A stretch of 64,000 nt of DNA from Orbicella franksi (GCA_964199315.1 OZ116704.1:26226001-26290000); one strand, 5' to 3'. Positions 39,370 to 51,212 are shown, numbered from the stretch's first letter. Translations and numbers: made by a program. The notes: generated by a model not told the origin, from the sequence alone.

Positions 39370-40384
39370 TTACGTGATACATGGTCGAGAAAAATATATA
39401 TATAATCATTTTACAAATAGAGTTATCCAAACTGTTAGAAAATAGCCTAATAAAAAGCCGATTATCATACTGATCATCTTGATTTTGTATCGCTCTACCA
39501 ATTTGGTGATATCGGACCCCCAAATTGAGATGGCGCTAGTCAACTTCTCAGCCGCTGTTTGGGCCACGAAAACAGTGCACTGGGAACGAGAGAAGCGTTG
39601 CGTGACGGTTTGCGAACGAGGTTTCTAGGCTTTGTTTTCTTCCGGATCCCTCTAAACAGCGTTTGATGGTTCAAATGAGCTTTTACCTTTGAAGTTAAAT
39701 TGCAGATTGGCAAGAGTAACCTGAAGCTGTGGCAACGGCAACGATACACAGATAAGTTCGTAAGCAGTCGGTGTGACAGCTGAAACAACGCGTCACGCAA
39801 AGGTAGCCACAAGGAAATGGACTGCTGGTGCGATTTTGAAAGCCAACCGGAAGTTGTGAACAAATTTTCACCCTGACAAAAAGAGGACACGATGCTGTGA
39901 CAGAAGGTGTAAAATTCGGTGTATTGATGAAGCCTAGCATTTATAAACGAGGCGCTACACGCGTGTTTGAACAAGTCCCTTGTTTCCAGGTTTTCTCACG
40001 CGTGTTTATTTTTAATTAATCAATTGTCCCTAGTTGGTCTTACTTCAGCTCGCATGATTCTTCTTCCGTATTTATTTTAGTCCTCCGAATGAGATTCTAT
40101 TAACGGATTACGTAACGATTGACTACCGCTTTCTTAGTGTTTATTCTTACGTTGTTTAAATGATGCCAAAGCGACTGATTATGGAGAAGCAATATACAGA
40201 TCGTCGAGGCGTATCTTGTCCATTCGTAGCCGAAGCTTGGTATGCAATGCGGGCATTCCCGTCCTGAACCGGAAGATGTAGAGAGTTAATAAAGAACTAC
40301 ACGGTTAGATTCCTGAAAAGACTAAAAAAAGGAGGTTCACTAACAAAGTCGACTTAAAGTTATTGAAAAAAAAAATGATGAGGG

Positions 40385-41512
40385 CTTGGAGTGTGTCGTT
40401 TAGAATACCTTAAAACCTCACGTATGCCTTAGTATTCAAACATGAACACGTTTCATACTTCGCATGAGTCTTGTGTCCCAGTCGAACACCACGGAACACT
40501 TTAAGTGTGTCGTTTAGAATACCTTAAAACCTCACGTATGCCTTAGTATTCAAACATGAACACGTTTGATACTTCGCACGAGTCTCGTGTCCCAGTCGAA
40601 CACCACAGAACACTTGAAGTGTGTCGTTTAGAATACCTTAAAACCTCACGTATGCCTTAGTATTCAAACATGAACACGTTTCATACTTCGCACGAGTCTC
40701 GTGTCCCAGTCGAACACCACGGAACACTTTAAGTGTGTCGTTTAGAATACCTTAAAACCTCACGTATATGTCTCAGTATTCAAACATGAACACGTTTGAT
40801 ACTTCGCACGAGTCTCGTGTCCCAGTCAAACACCACGGAACACTTGAAATGTGTCGTTAAGAATACCTTAAAACCTCACGTATGCCTCAGTATTCAAACG
40901 TGAACACGTTTCATACTTCGCACGAGTCTCGTGTCCCAGTCGAACACCACGGAACACTTGAAGTGTGTCGTTAAGAATACCTTAAAACCTCACGTATGCC
41001 TCAGTATTCAAACGTGAACACGTTTCATACTTCGCACGAGTCTCGTGTCCCAGTCGAACACCACGGAACACTTGAAGTGTGTCGTTAAGAATACCTTAAA
41101 ACCTCACGTATGCCTCAGTATTCAAACGTGAACACGTTTCATACTTCGCACGAGTCTCGTGTCCCAGTCGAACACCACGGAACACTTGAAGTGTGTCGTT
41201 AAGAATACCTTAAAACCTCACGTATGCCTCAGTATTCAAACGTGAACACGTTTCATACTTCGCACGAGTCTCGTGTCCCAGTCGAACACCACGGAACACT
41301 TGAAGTGTGTCGTTAAGATTACCTTAAAACCTCACGTATGCCTCAGTATTCAAACGTGAACACGTTTCATACTTCGCATGAGTCTTGTGTTCCAGTCGAA
41401 CACCACAGAAGACTTGAAGTGTGTCCTTTAGAATACCTTACAACCTCACATATGCCTCAGTATTCAAACATGAACACGTTTCATACTTCGCATGAGTCTC
41501 GTGTTCCAGTCG
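40385..41512. repeat. Minisatellite, 114-bp unit, about 10 copies
   Basis: CTTA[A/C]AACCT recurs at 40409, 40523, 40637, 40751, 40867 (+2 bp), 40981, 41095, 41209, 41323 and 41437. In the central units all six frames contain stops. Confidence 0.97.
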
Positions 41513-42084
41513 CACGCTTCACGCTTAGTTGGTTCAAAATAATTCTTTTCATTTAATCAATGCATTTAGAAACTGACAGTTAGGAGGACTACATATACAC
41601 GTAGGTTAGGACATAATGAACTTACAAGGATTGTTTCAATTTTTCAAGTTTACCTTTCCCTCTTTTGAGAAATTTATCAATCCTTATAACTTCACTGAAT
41701 ATTCTGAACCTCACATGTAATTATTGTTATAACAAAGAAGTGATGTACTAAAAAGGTAAACACAATCACTGAAATGAATAATTATACAATGTAAGAGCAA
41801 CTTTATTTTATCAATCGATGTGTCCATTTATGTACAGTGTACTCTGCTTTAAACAGTCTGTGACATCATAATAAAATTATAAACAGTATAACTGAATATA
41901 TATTAAATATGATTAAAAACTGACAACAACTATTAGTACATGTAAAAAGCTTGCCTAAAAAGAAAGTCTTAACCTTAGCTTTTTGTGATATTCTCCCAAT
42001 AATTATAATTTCAGTTCCTTTCAGGATTTGCTCCAGTCAATTTTTGACTGTAATACATTAAGTTCCTGAATTTGTGTGTTAAGT

Positions 42085-42747
42085 TCATAAGATATATCTT
42101 CCAATCAATGGAATGGTAACAACGACCTTTTCTCTTCCATAATTAAATTTAACTTTGTACTGAACTGTCAAACATTGACTGTGAATTCTTTGTGCTAGAA
42201 TGAAAGGCATTTCTGAATGACTTTCAAAATCAGTACACCATACTTCAAGGGGGTCCGGAAACCAGTTCCTTTCAGGATAGCCCTTGAACCAATCAACCTC
42301 AGCGAGCACAAAAGTAAGTTTCTGCCTTTTGCCTTGGCCTTGCTTTACAACCACATCATTGGTAAGGAATCTGCAAACTTTTCCTGGCCTACACTCCCCG
42401 TTAAACCATTTAGCTAAAACACCATAATTCCTTGAACATCTGTATATTGCACCACTGATTTGAACTCTTGAAAAGCGGTCACAGAGTCTTTGAGTAGAAA
42501 CTACCTCACAGTTGGGAAGCAAAGTTTTATACATTTCTGTAAGTTTGGAATGATCATCATCATTTAAAGCAATCCTCTTGACCGGTGGCAAAGGAACAAT
42601 TGTTCCACTCTGTTCTTCATTCAGCATTTCTCCAAGAGTGCCAGTTTGAGTAGCGGTAGCAGAAAGCAAACACTGGAATTGTTTATGTTCATTGGGGAAG
42701 TCCATCATGCGTAACTCAATATCCTGAAGAAATGAGGTGCACCTCAT
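42085..42747 (-). mobile_element. EnSpm/CACTA (CMC)-type transposase C-terminal fragment
   Basis: Open 220-aa frame with CRPGKVCRFL..FVLAEVDWFKGYPERNWFPDPLEVWCTDFE..PFILAQRI..EKVVVTIPL. This resembles the C-terminal region of animal EnSpm transposases. The catalytic N-terminal part is missing. Confidence 0.65.
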
Positions 42748-43480
42748 AGAAATCTCGAGCTCATGATCTTCATTATTATCGGCGTGTCTTCCTTTTCGCG
42801 GCGGCCATTTTCAATTCAGTAAATCAATGGTCATCCAATGCAAGGTATGGAGCGGAAAATTTACATAGTATGAGAGCCGAGGATATTCGGAAATTTTCGG
42901 AGCATCTGATCCCGATCGTGCACCGAAAATAATGAAGTGACTTGTCATTTTCTTAAAACTCCGTGCGGTTTCCCAGCTTTTGTCGATTCCTGGCCTCGCA
43001 CTATGATTCAAAATGGCTACCCCAAAGCATCATCAGATCAGATTGTTTATCCTGTAAGTCTTCATCTAATGTGAGGGCCCCCTCCCCCGGCTGGCCCACT
43101 AGACTTCACAAAGACAACAGAAGCGGAGCACTAACATAAAGAAAACAGACAAACAAAAGTTAACAGAGAACTTGACCATCAAGTACCCTGCGAGACAAAA
43201 ATTTCCTTCTCTTTTTGCTCGGTGGGAGCTGGTCACAACCTCTCGATTTCCTATCAGGCATGCGCAAACCGACAACATATCGCCGTGTTGTGCTGTGTCA
43301 CACAATCAATTTTTAGTTATTTTCAGTTTTTGTGAATAAAGTACTTTAATTGTGGCATGGAGAATTACATAAATAGTCTTTTTACTAGATTTTTATTATT
43401 CATTTATCGTACTAAAGAATGAATACTTTTAGTGTTAATTAATATAATTTGGTCTGTTTTTCAGGCGCATTTGATCATAC

Positions 43481-43483
<3 letters not shown>

Positions 43484-43516
<33 letters not shown>
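43484..43516. repeat. (TTA)11 microsatellite
   Basis: Direct reading. It abuts the 3' end of the Penelope-like element. Confidence 0.95.
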
Positions 43517-43517
<1 letters not shown>

Positions 43518-44650
43518 AGCGTATTATCGTTTGTCTCACGATGTAGTCACTTGAGATGTAGATCGCGACGTTTCGACTGCTTACTGATAGTCTTCATCAG
43601 GCGATAAGGTCGACTGATTGCACGGTATCATTTATATCACAAAGGTCGGCTGTGATTGGTGCATTTCGATCCTCCGATTGTTCCATTGTTCCGGCGAGTA
43701 GCTGTTCCCTCCGTGGTCCGCTGTTGTACCGTTCTCCTCTTGTTGTGTTTCTTGATCGTGGGTATCCATGCTTCAGGAATTTCAATTCCACTCTCCCTGT
43801 TGATGTTATTAGGGTGAGGTGTTATGTGAATAGCTTCCTTGACCCTACGTGTGTACCAGTGAGGATCTCGATCAATAAACTTGACCTCATTCCAGATAGG
43901 ATAGTGGCCGGTCTCGTGGGTGTGTTCAGAAACGGCAGAGGTCTGGGTACGGGCGAGTCGTATATCCTTGTCGTGTTCTTTGATCCTCTCCTGCATAGAT
44001 CTCCCTGTTTCCCCGATGTAGACTTTGCTGCACTCACAGGGAATCCTGTAGACAACACCATCTTGTTTAGCCGGGCTGACGGTGTCCTTTGGTCGCACTA
44101 AGTGTGACCGAAGTGTCGTGTCGGACTTAAAAACGGTGCGAATGCCTTGCTGTTCTAGGCAGCGGCGGAGAGACTCCGAAACTCCTTGGACATAAGGTAA
44201 AACGGCGATGGATTTAAATTCCGCGACAGGCTCTCTTCTTGGGGTTGCTCGCGCCTTTGTGATCTTCTGTACAAAAGAAGAGGGATATCCGTTAGAAACA
44301 AGTACAGATGACAGATATTTCTTCTCTCCAGCGATTACTGATGGTTTGGTCACGAGACGTTTAGCCCGGTCGTACAGACACTTCACAATACCGCACTTTA
44401 CTGACTGAGGGTGGTGTGAATCATACGCTAGGTACTGATCAGTATGTGTTGGTTTCCTGTAGACACTGGTGGTAAGGCGGCCATCAGGTTCTCTATAAAC
44501 TGACTTGTCGAGAAAGGGGATCTTGCTGTTATTCTCGATCTCCATAGTGAAACGGATTGATGGTTGTTGACTGTTCAGGTGTTGCAGGAAGACGTCAACT
44601 CTATCCCGATCCAGGGTGTATCATCTACGTAGCGTTTCCAGATCTTAGGC
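43517..44650 (-). mobile_element. Penelope-like retroelement (RT C-terminus plus GIY-YIG endonuclease), 5'-truncated
   Basis: KPKIWKRYVDDT (RT catalytic motif), then a frameshift into LDRDRVDVFLQHLNSQQPSIRFTMEIE..IPFLD..VYRKPTHTDQYL..SHHP. Followed by GVVYRIPCECSKVYIGETGR..RIKEH..SAVSEH..GH (GIY-YIG with CCHH). The ORF is open 43637-44545. Confidence 0.95.
43562..43605 (-). ncRNA. Type I hammerhead ribozyme in the 3' region of the Penelope-like element
   Basis: Minus strand: ATCGC-CTGATGA-A-GACT-atcagtaagc-AGTC-GAAAC-GTC-GCGAT. Stem I is 5 bp, stem II is 4 bp, the core is intact and the cleavage triplet is GUC. Confidence 0.88.
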
Positions 44651-44665
44651 TTATTATTATTAGTA

Positions 44666-44722
<57 letters not shown>
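44651..44722. repeat. Imperfect (TTA)n microsatellite separating the two retroelements
   Basis: Direct reading. Confidence 0.95.
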
Positions 44723-44723
<1 letters not shown>

Positions 44724-45130
44724 AGATTGGCACAGCTATTGATGATATTGAAAGTGGTTTCGTCATTGGCTCCGGGCAACAACAAGTTGCCTAGGGAAGC
44801 CAAGAAACACCCCTTGTTTGCTTTTTCTCTTCTTTCTACATCTCCAGCACCTTTCTAAGAATTCTTGCTGACCAAAGCAATGCACATCTCTGGATCAGTC
44901 CAACAGGAATGCCCACCTCAATGGCTTTCAGATTGTCATTCAATCTCAGTGGTATTGATCCCAATGCTCCCACTACCACTGGAATAACCTTTGTCCTCAC
45001 ACCCCACATTTTTCGAACTTCTCTTGCTAGATCTTGATACTTTTCAACTTTTTCATCTTCCTTCTCTCTCACCCCATTATCCTCTGGAATTGCCACATCT
45101 ATAATCTGACAGCTCTTGTCTCTCTTGTCA
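44723..45130 (-). mobile_element. R4/Dong-like non-LTR retrotransposon 3' fragment (restriction-like endonuclease)
   Basis: IDKRDKSCQIIDVAIPEDNGVREKEDEKVEKYQDLAREVRKMWGVRTKVIPVVVGALGSIP..RILRKVLEM* matches the PD-(D/E)xK REL C-terminus. Short 3' UTR. Flanked on both sides by (TAA)n. Confidence 0.85.
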
Positions 45131-45200
45131 ATGATTATGATTATGATTATGATTATTATTGTTATTATTATTATTATTATCATTATTATTATTATTATTA
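45131..45200. repeat. Imperfect (TTA/TGA)n microsatellite
   Basis: Direct reading. Confidence 0.9.
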
Positions 45201-48002
45201 CACCGACTTTTCCACTCTTCTATTTTGTTAGAGAAACTACAGAAATTTCATAAAGTTCTACGAAGTACCTAGCGACAAAGAAAAGGACGAATTAGACCAA
45301 AGTGAGCGCACAGTATAAGTTAGAGTTCAACCAAATTAATTATACGGAGCGTAGCTCTGCATTTCGCTTTTATGACGCTCACATACTGAGCTTGAACCAT
45401 ACCTGTGGAGCGTGCTCCACAAACCGCAACTCCACAAGACTGCAAGTTAATTTGCTGCAGACAAAGAGACTGCCCTGCAACAATTTGAAAAACTTAAGCT
45501 TAATAACCTGCCTACTGGCAACCCTCACATCATGCTCTTTTGACGATGAATTCGAATAGCTTGTTATTGTGAATTAATGTATAGCAGTAGTTTCCGGGAC
45601 TGTACAAACAGCAAAAGACCAAAGATTGCTAGTTATTTATGGAGAAAAATTTTGAATAGGATGCGCACGTGATTACGTGGTGAACCGGTGTCAGTGCATT
45701 GTTGCCGATTGTAACTTTGTAGCCAACCACAGGGAAGCAGATATTGCGGACGGACAGCGTTTTTAATCCTATCTGTCTACGAAAGTTATAAGCGGGCTAA
45801 TTCTGGTCAAAAACCAGTATTTTCACTTTGTTCGTCCCTGGTTGTGGACGGCGGCTAAATAAACAATCGAGCGGTTGCGAGCAGAGCTTTCTTCTTGTTT
45901 CTCACGGGGGAATCTCTGTCTTGCAGGGTCCTGAACCATCAAGAGTTACTCAGTGCTAAAAACCTCCGTTCGAGCATGACTTATGGCTCGACTTGAACGT
46001 GCTCTCCAAAGTCACCCGTGCATCCATACACGTAACTTGTTAGACACACTCTTGTAAAGCCTCGTTTTAACTGGCACATAAACATCAGAAGCATAAATGT
46101 ACTGGAGGCGCAGTGAGCTGTTTTCAAGTAGCTCCTTTTGTTGCGAAGTATTCCTAACAAAAGGTGCTAATTACCATATTAACCTCTTACTGCGTCTTAC
46201 TCTGTTGCTTTTGCTAAGAGTTATGCTAAATGCACTAGTGAAAAAACCAGCCTCGAGCCTGAAATAACGCTAAGCTGGTCCACAACTGTACAAAAATACC
46301 AGGTTTTCGTTTGTCTTTGCTTCTGTTGAACAAGGAAGTAAACTGAACCGGAAACAGAATGACAGACGCTGCCCTACCGCTTCTACGTCAGTGTTTACTA
46401 TTGTGGGTTCCGCGTTTGATTTCACCAACCAAAATCTAAATCGTACGTTATCATGTCGAGAAAATAATCAATTGCGAACAAAGCCCACTGCGTTGTTCAG
46501 ATTTTGATTGGTGCAGACAAAGAAAACTGCAGCGTCTCAAAGATGCTATAGCTGATTTCACGCAATTATAAATAGCTTTATTGGCTGGAAGTCGGTTCGT
46601 CCAGTTTCTGATTTGCATAATGAAGCATTCATATTTGAGTTAGTCGCTGATACGGGGTTAAAGTTTAATTTTAATAAGGTGAGTTTTGTTTTATTCAAAG
46701 TAAGTTCACAGCAGAAGCTTCAATACATGTTTCGCACACTTGCAAAAGGTAGGACATGTTATCAAGTTAATATTTTTTCAAACCTCGCATAGATAGAGCA
46801 ACTGACCACTTGAAGACAGGTCAGCGTTATCAATTAACTAGACCAGACGTTATCGGTTATTGTGTTCTCACTGTGATGTGTTATCAGGGGTTAAACATGA
46901 GGCGGACGGTGGTATGATTATTTCGCCGGAATTTTATACGAGCAATGTCGTGAGCTGAGACAGGTAATCAGGAAAGCTTTTATCAGATTCTTTTGCTTAG
47001 CGATTTTCCGTTTAACTCAGCATTAGGTGGAAGTCTTTTTTGTGTTATTTAGCGCGTTCCGAGTTTTACAGTCGCTATCCCTCAGAGTCTTAATTACGAC
47101 ATGAAAGCACGGCCACATGCACGACAAAACTCGATTACAACTGACTTCCTTAACTGATACATATCTTAGTATTATACCTGCTCGACACAAATTCTCAAAA
47201 ACGTTATCTCATGTTAATGTGTTGCTACTTAGCCACACAAAACAAGGACAGGAATTCTTAACTCGTGACATTTTTCAGTTCCGCTCTACTGCTGGACCGT
47301 AGTCAGAGCACGCATCAATCTCAGTGGTGTGCATTAAGAGCGGGCTTAACCACAAACAAAACAGAATCAGAAGGTATAGTTTCCTTCCTGTGTGCCTAAA
47401 TCGGTATGGTGATTACTAGTGTTTTTCGTTGCTCAAGAAACACTGAAAACATCGTCTTTCTAGCGTTATCTTACGTACACGTTCAGTTTTTGTAAGTAGA
47501 CAATTAATTTACAGGGTCTTTTTTGTGTACATAATGGTCTGAAATGCCTCCAAGACCAAAGATCAGTTGCCTACAATAGAATTTCGAAGTAGAGCTGATT
47601 TATTACCAGATAAGAAGATCACGGTTTTAAGAAAGTTTTACAACTTTACTCGACAGATCATAATACATTTCTATATTACTCCTTCCCAACAGCTTCAATC
47701 TTCCACTTCGAGAAATAAAGAGTGACACAAATTGCGTATTTTGAGATACAGTGCAATAAGTTCTATGTTGGCGGACAGCGCCCCTTTGTTATGTCTGCGT
47801 CAATCATACGCGTTATGGAATGAAGACTCTTAACTGACTTGTAAGCTATTCAAATATCAGAGGCGTTTTTATGCAGGAGTCAATGTAAACTCCCCCGGAA
47901 CAAGGCAGGGATTAGTCGGGAAAAGGAGGGATTTGAGGGAAATCGCACCCCCAAGAGGGTGGGGGATTGGGGAATATTTGTATTTAACCGTCCCTAGGTA
48001 GG

Positions 48003-48115
48003 AAATATCTGTTTTGCTTCTGTGGCCAAGGAGAGTATGGAGAGATGATTGCCTGTGACAGCCCTACATGTCCAGTGGAGTGGTTCACCTTTACTCTCTG
48101 TGGCTCTCCTGTGCC
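48003..48115 (+). pseudogene. ING-type PHD finger remnant
   Basis: Plus-strand translation KYLFCFCGQGEYGEMIACDSPTCPVEWF, then a 1-nt frameshift hiding HL. Compare the ING consensus YCLCNQVSYGEMIGCDN..CPIEWFH. It is not in the ORF track. Confidence 0.65.
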
Positions 48116-49100
48116 CACTATTTGTATTTTTTGTTTTTTTTGTTTTTTTTGTTTTTTGTATCATTGTAAACCACTTATGTGATGTTAAGTTGTTTTCTGT
48201 AAACAGTGTGCAATAATAAAAAACTGAAACTGAAACTGAAAAAAAACTTTGCACTGGTTTGTCTGCGTAACTAATGATTTTGACTACTCCGTTTATATAA
48301 GCTTGAGGGACTCGAGGTACCCTTCGCCGTTCACTGATAGCGGCTTCGCCAAAAAAAACAAAAAAACTCTCTGGCACCCAGGGTAGTGGGAAGGTACAAC
48401 GCTAAATCGTATGGTTTGTGAGCTGCCGTTTAAAATAGGTTAAGAGTTTGAACATTTGGGTCAACTGAAAAAAATGTTTGGTTTGTGCGCAGTATGGTCT
48501 GAATCTGAAAAGTGTACGTTTTGCTTTACTTTTTGAAAAGAAAAAAAAAAACTTTTTCTCTCTTCGTAATTCAATCATAACGGAGACGTGCATTCAGAAG
48601 TATTAGCAATTTTAGCATCGAAGTTTTTGAAACCCTTTTAAAATGCGCGCATAAGCCATTCGGCCATGTCACTGAGAGACCTCTGAATATAGTATTGCAG
48701 AGACATGAATTCTGTGTGAGCAGGGTCTGAACTGAATCGCATGTTTTGTGTTGAAATCTTTAAAGGTTTCGAAAGTCGTGTTCAAGAGGCGGACCGAATA
48801 ACCCGACTCCAAACTTTTAATTCCTCTGTGTTCTTAGTGGTTCTTAACATCTTAGTGCGTGTCATATGCAGGCATATTTTAAAATTCATGCGAGGTTGAA
48901 CACGTCTATAATCCCCCCACCCCTACCCCCGTACTTTTTAACGGTTTCGTGAATGTGCATCAGTTAACTCGACGATTTTTGTCCTGCGTTAATTAGGTCT
49001 TAATTAGAATTAATATTGAAACCTAAGACGCGCCCATTCTTTATCATATATAAATATTGTCCTGAAAGTGTTCACTTCTCTTTCCAGGACAAAGCAGAAG

Positions 49101-49284
49101 ATGATTCAGAGCAAAATTGAGACATCTTTCTCGCAGTCGCACTGTGATGGTAATTCAAGATGTTATCCAAGATGTTGTGATGCTTCTTGGAATTCCGTTC
49201 CTTTCACCTCCCCGTGTGGAAAATTTGTTCGTTCTAGTGGAGGAGACGGGCACTTGTCTTCTACAGTCCAGAAACCAAGAAGTT
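49101..49284 (+). CDS. Predicted upstream coding exon of P3
   Basis: Acceptor TTCACTTCTCTTTCCAG| at 49087, ATG at 49101, donor T|GTGAGT at 49285. The phase-1 end joins in frame to the acceptor at 49923 (codon TTG). Confidence 0.55.
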
Positions 49285-49923
49285 GTGAGTCATTAAGATT
49301 ACAGAAGTATTTTTGTTTGCACTGCTTGTGTTTACAGCCACTGAAAGCGTAAATAAAGCGAACGCGACAATGCCAATTGGTGTTGTAAATGGTAATAGGT
49401 TATCGTTCAGCGCGAGTTGGTTGAGGTTCACAGTGTTTCAGCAAGAAGAAAGGGGAAGAATGAATACACGTGTCGGTGCTGCTTCTGTCTATCACGCTGA
49501 AACACCTTGAGCCTCAATTAAGCAACTGTAAACCACTTTGTTTACCAGCATTCATGTAGGTATTGTGTGGTTTTCCCGGCGCTTTCGATGATGCCATCAG
49601 ATCAGTATGGTAGCAATGTAAGACTGAAAGTAGATCGATCTGATTGACTGAGTCAATTTACCTGATGCCGTAACGAAAGTTTAACTTCTCTTTCGTGAAT
49701 AAAAGTAAATAGTAGGCCTGCATGACTTGAGTTACAATGATAATGTGTAATCTAGCGAAAATCATATGACATGAAAAACAAAAATTGTCCGCCATGCAGA
49801 ATTGATTTACACAATTATACAGTAAAACAATGGCCGTGAAACTTTCCGTGCACTGCTCAGGCAGTCAACGAAAAGCAGGAGCTAAACTGTTCCTTTAATT
49901 TACTTGTTTTCATTTACATGTAG

Positions 49924-51212
49924 TGGTTTTATCGTCAACGGAAGTGACAAACTACAACACTCCTGATGACTTTTTTCTTCGGCCGTTCTTGACCAGAGAA
50001 GAATTTGCATATTGGAACAGCCATTTTTGCCGCGTTCCATCTTCACGTTCATTCTTGCGCGCATTCAACCCACAAGTTACCACAACCATGACTTCCGGTC
50101 ATCATAAGACGTCTTGTGTCACGAATGTCACAGATACACCATGTTGCGATGAAAGACATCAAACTGGTGTGCCAGCGGTCCATGACTTAAGTACAAACTG
50201 CTGGAGCAATACAAGATGTGGCGAAATGCCCTGCTTCCCAGAAAACATCCCATCGTCAAGTGTAGAAAAAGGATTCGCTGGGAATCCTGTCTGCTTGGAA
50301 CATTTAGTTCCATGTACCAGTCACGCCTATCAAAACGGAAACCACCTTGACCTATCTACTAACTGTTGTGAAACAACGGAAAGTTATTTTGTTCAGCAAG
50401 AGGTGGAGCCCACAAAACTGAAGGGAAGGTATTTTGTTTATGGAGATGAAAGCTTTGGCAAAAAGCCTCCTCCTTTCACATCGTCTGGTTATCAGGAGGT
50501 TCACCCCAGGACTGGATCTGCTGTCCTCAGTGATTCAATGAGCGCTTATGGTGTACATTCAGAATTCGGATCAACTAATTCTTTCCCGGCTAAAAGAAAA
50601 TCCATAGGTACATCAAAGTATGAAAAATTTCCCCAAGAAAAGCAAAAGAGACCGTGCGTTAGCGATGAAGTAAATGGAATTCAACAAGATCAGGCACCAA
50701 TCAAAATCGAACACAAAAATGAAACTTGGAATGCTCATCAAAACGAACGCCCGCGAATCAGTGGTTATCGCGGCAAGGAGGCGAGATGCAAGATCAACGA
50801 GTCAAGTAACGTGCGCAAATCACGTGAAATAACAATGCCACCTGTTCAAGATTGCGTGGAGCAAAGCATCGATATTACCATCTCTGGCGATAGCACTTCC
50901 GGATGCAAACCCGGAAGTAAAACCTTTAAAGAAACTCAGCCAACAACGACTGACTTAACTGGGAACAACAGTGACGCTGCGTTCAAGTCACGTGTTCTGC
51001 AAGCTGGTGACCAGATTCCAAATGGTCGGAACAAATCTCCTGAGCGAAAAAACATTGATGAGGTTATCAAGACCACGAAGCCTGTCCAAAGAAAGCTGAT
51101 GACCAATGACAAAACCGGTGGCTGTGCTTTCGATCATGATTCCTTTCCCAAACTTGTCGGTGTGCTTAGTCCCTTCGCCGTAGCTACTGTGATGTCAAGT
51201 TTAGCAAAATAA
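49924..51212 (+). CDS. Paralog P3: short family member (about 490 aa spliced, or 374 aa from ATG 50088), ending just after the conserved motif
   Basis: Open 1.29-kb frame after acceptor TTTCATTTACATGTAG|. Contains GCAFDHDSFPKLVGVLSP (51120-51173), with a stop 13 codons later. Confidence 0.75.

Noticed and set aside
40140-40295. Possible C/D box snoRNA
   Set aside because: The C box is imperfect (ATGATGC), with no terminal stem or recognisable guide.
40385-41512. Possible CRISPR-like array
   Set aside because: Whole units are near-identical with no unique spacers, there are no cas genes, and the context is eukaryotic.
41338-41556. 72-aa ORF with a repeated peptide
   Set aside because: By-product of the 114-bp repeat; neighbouring units have in-frame stops.
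43652-44101. 149-aa plus-strand ORF
   Set aside because: Antisense shadow of the Penelope-like ORF.
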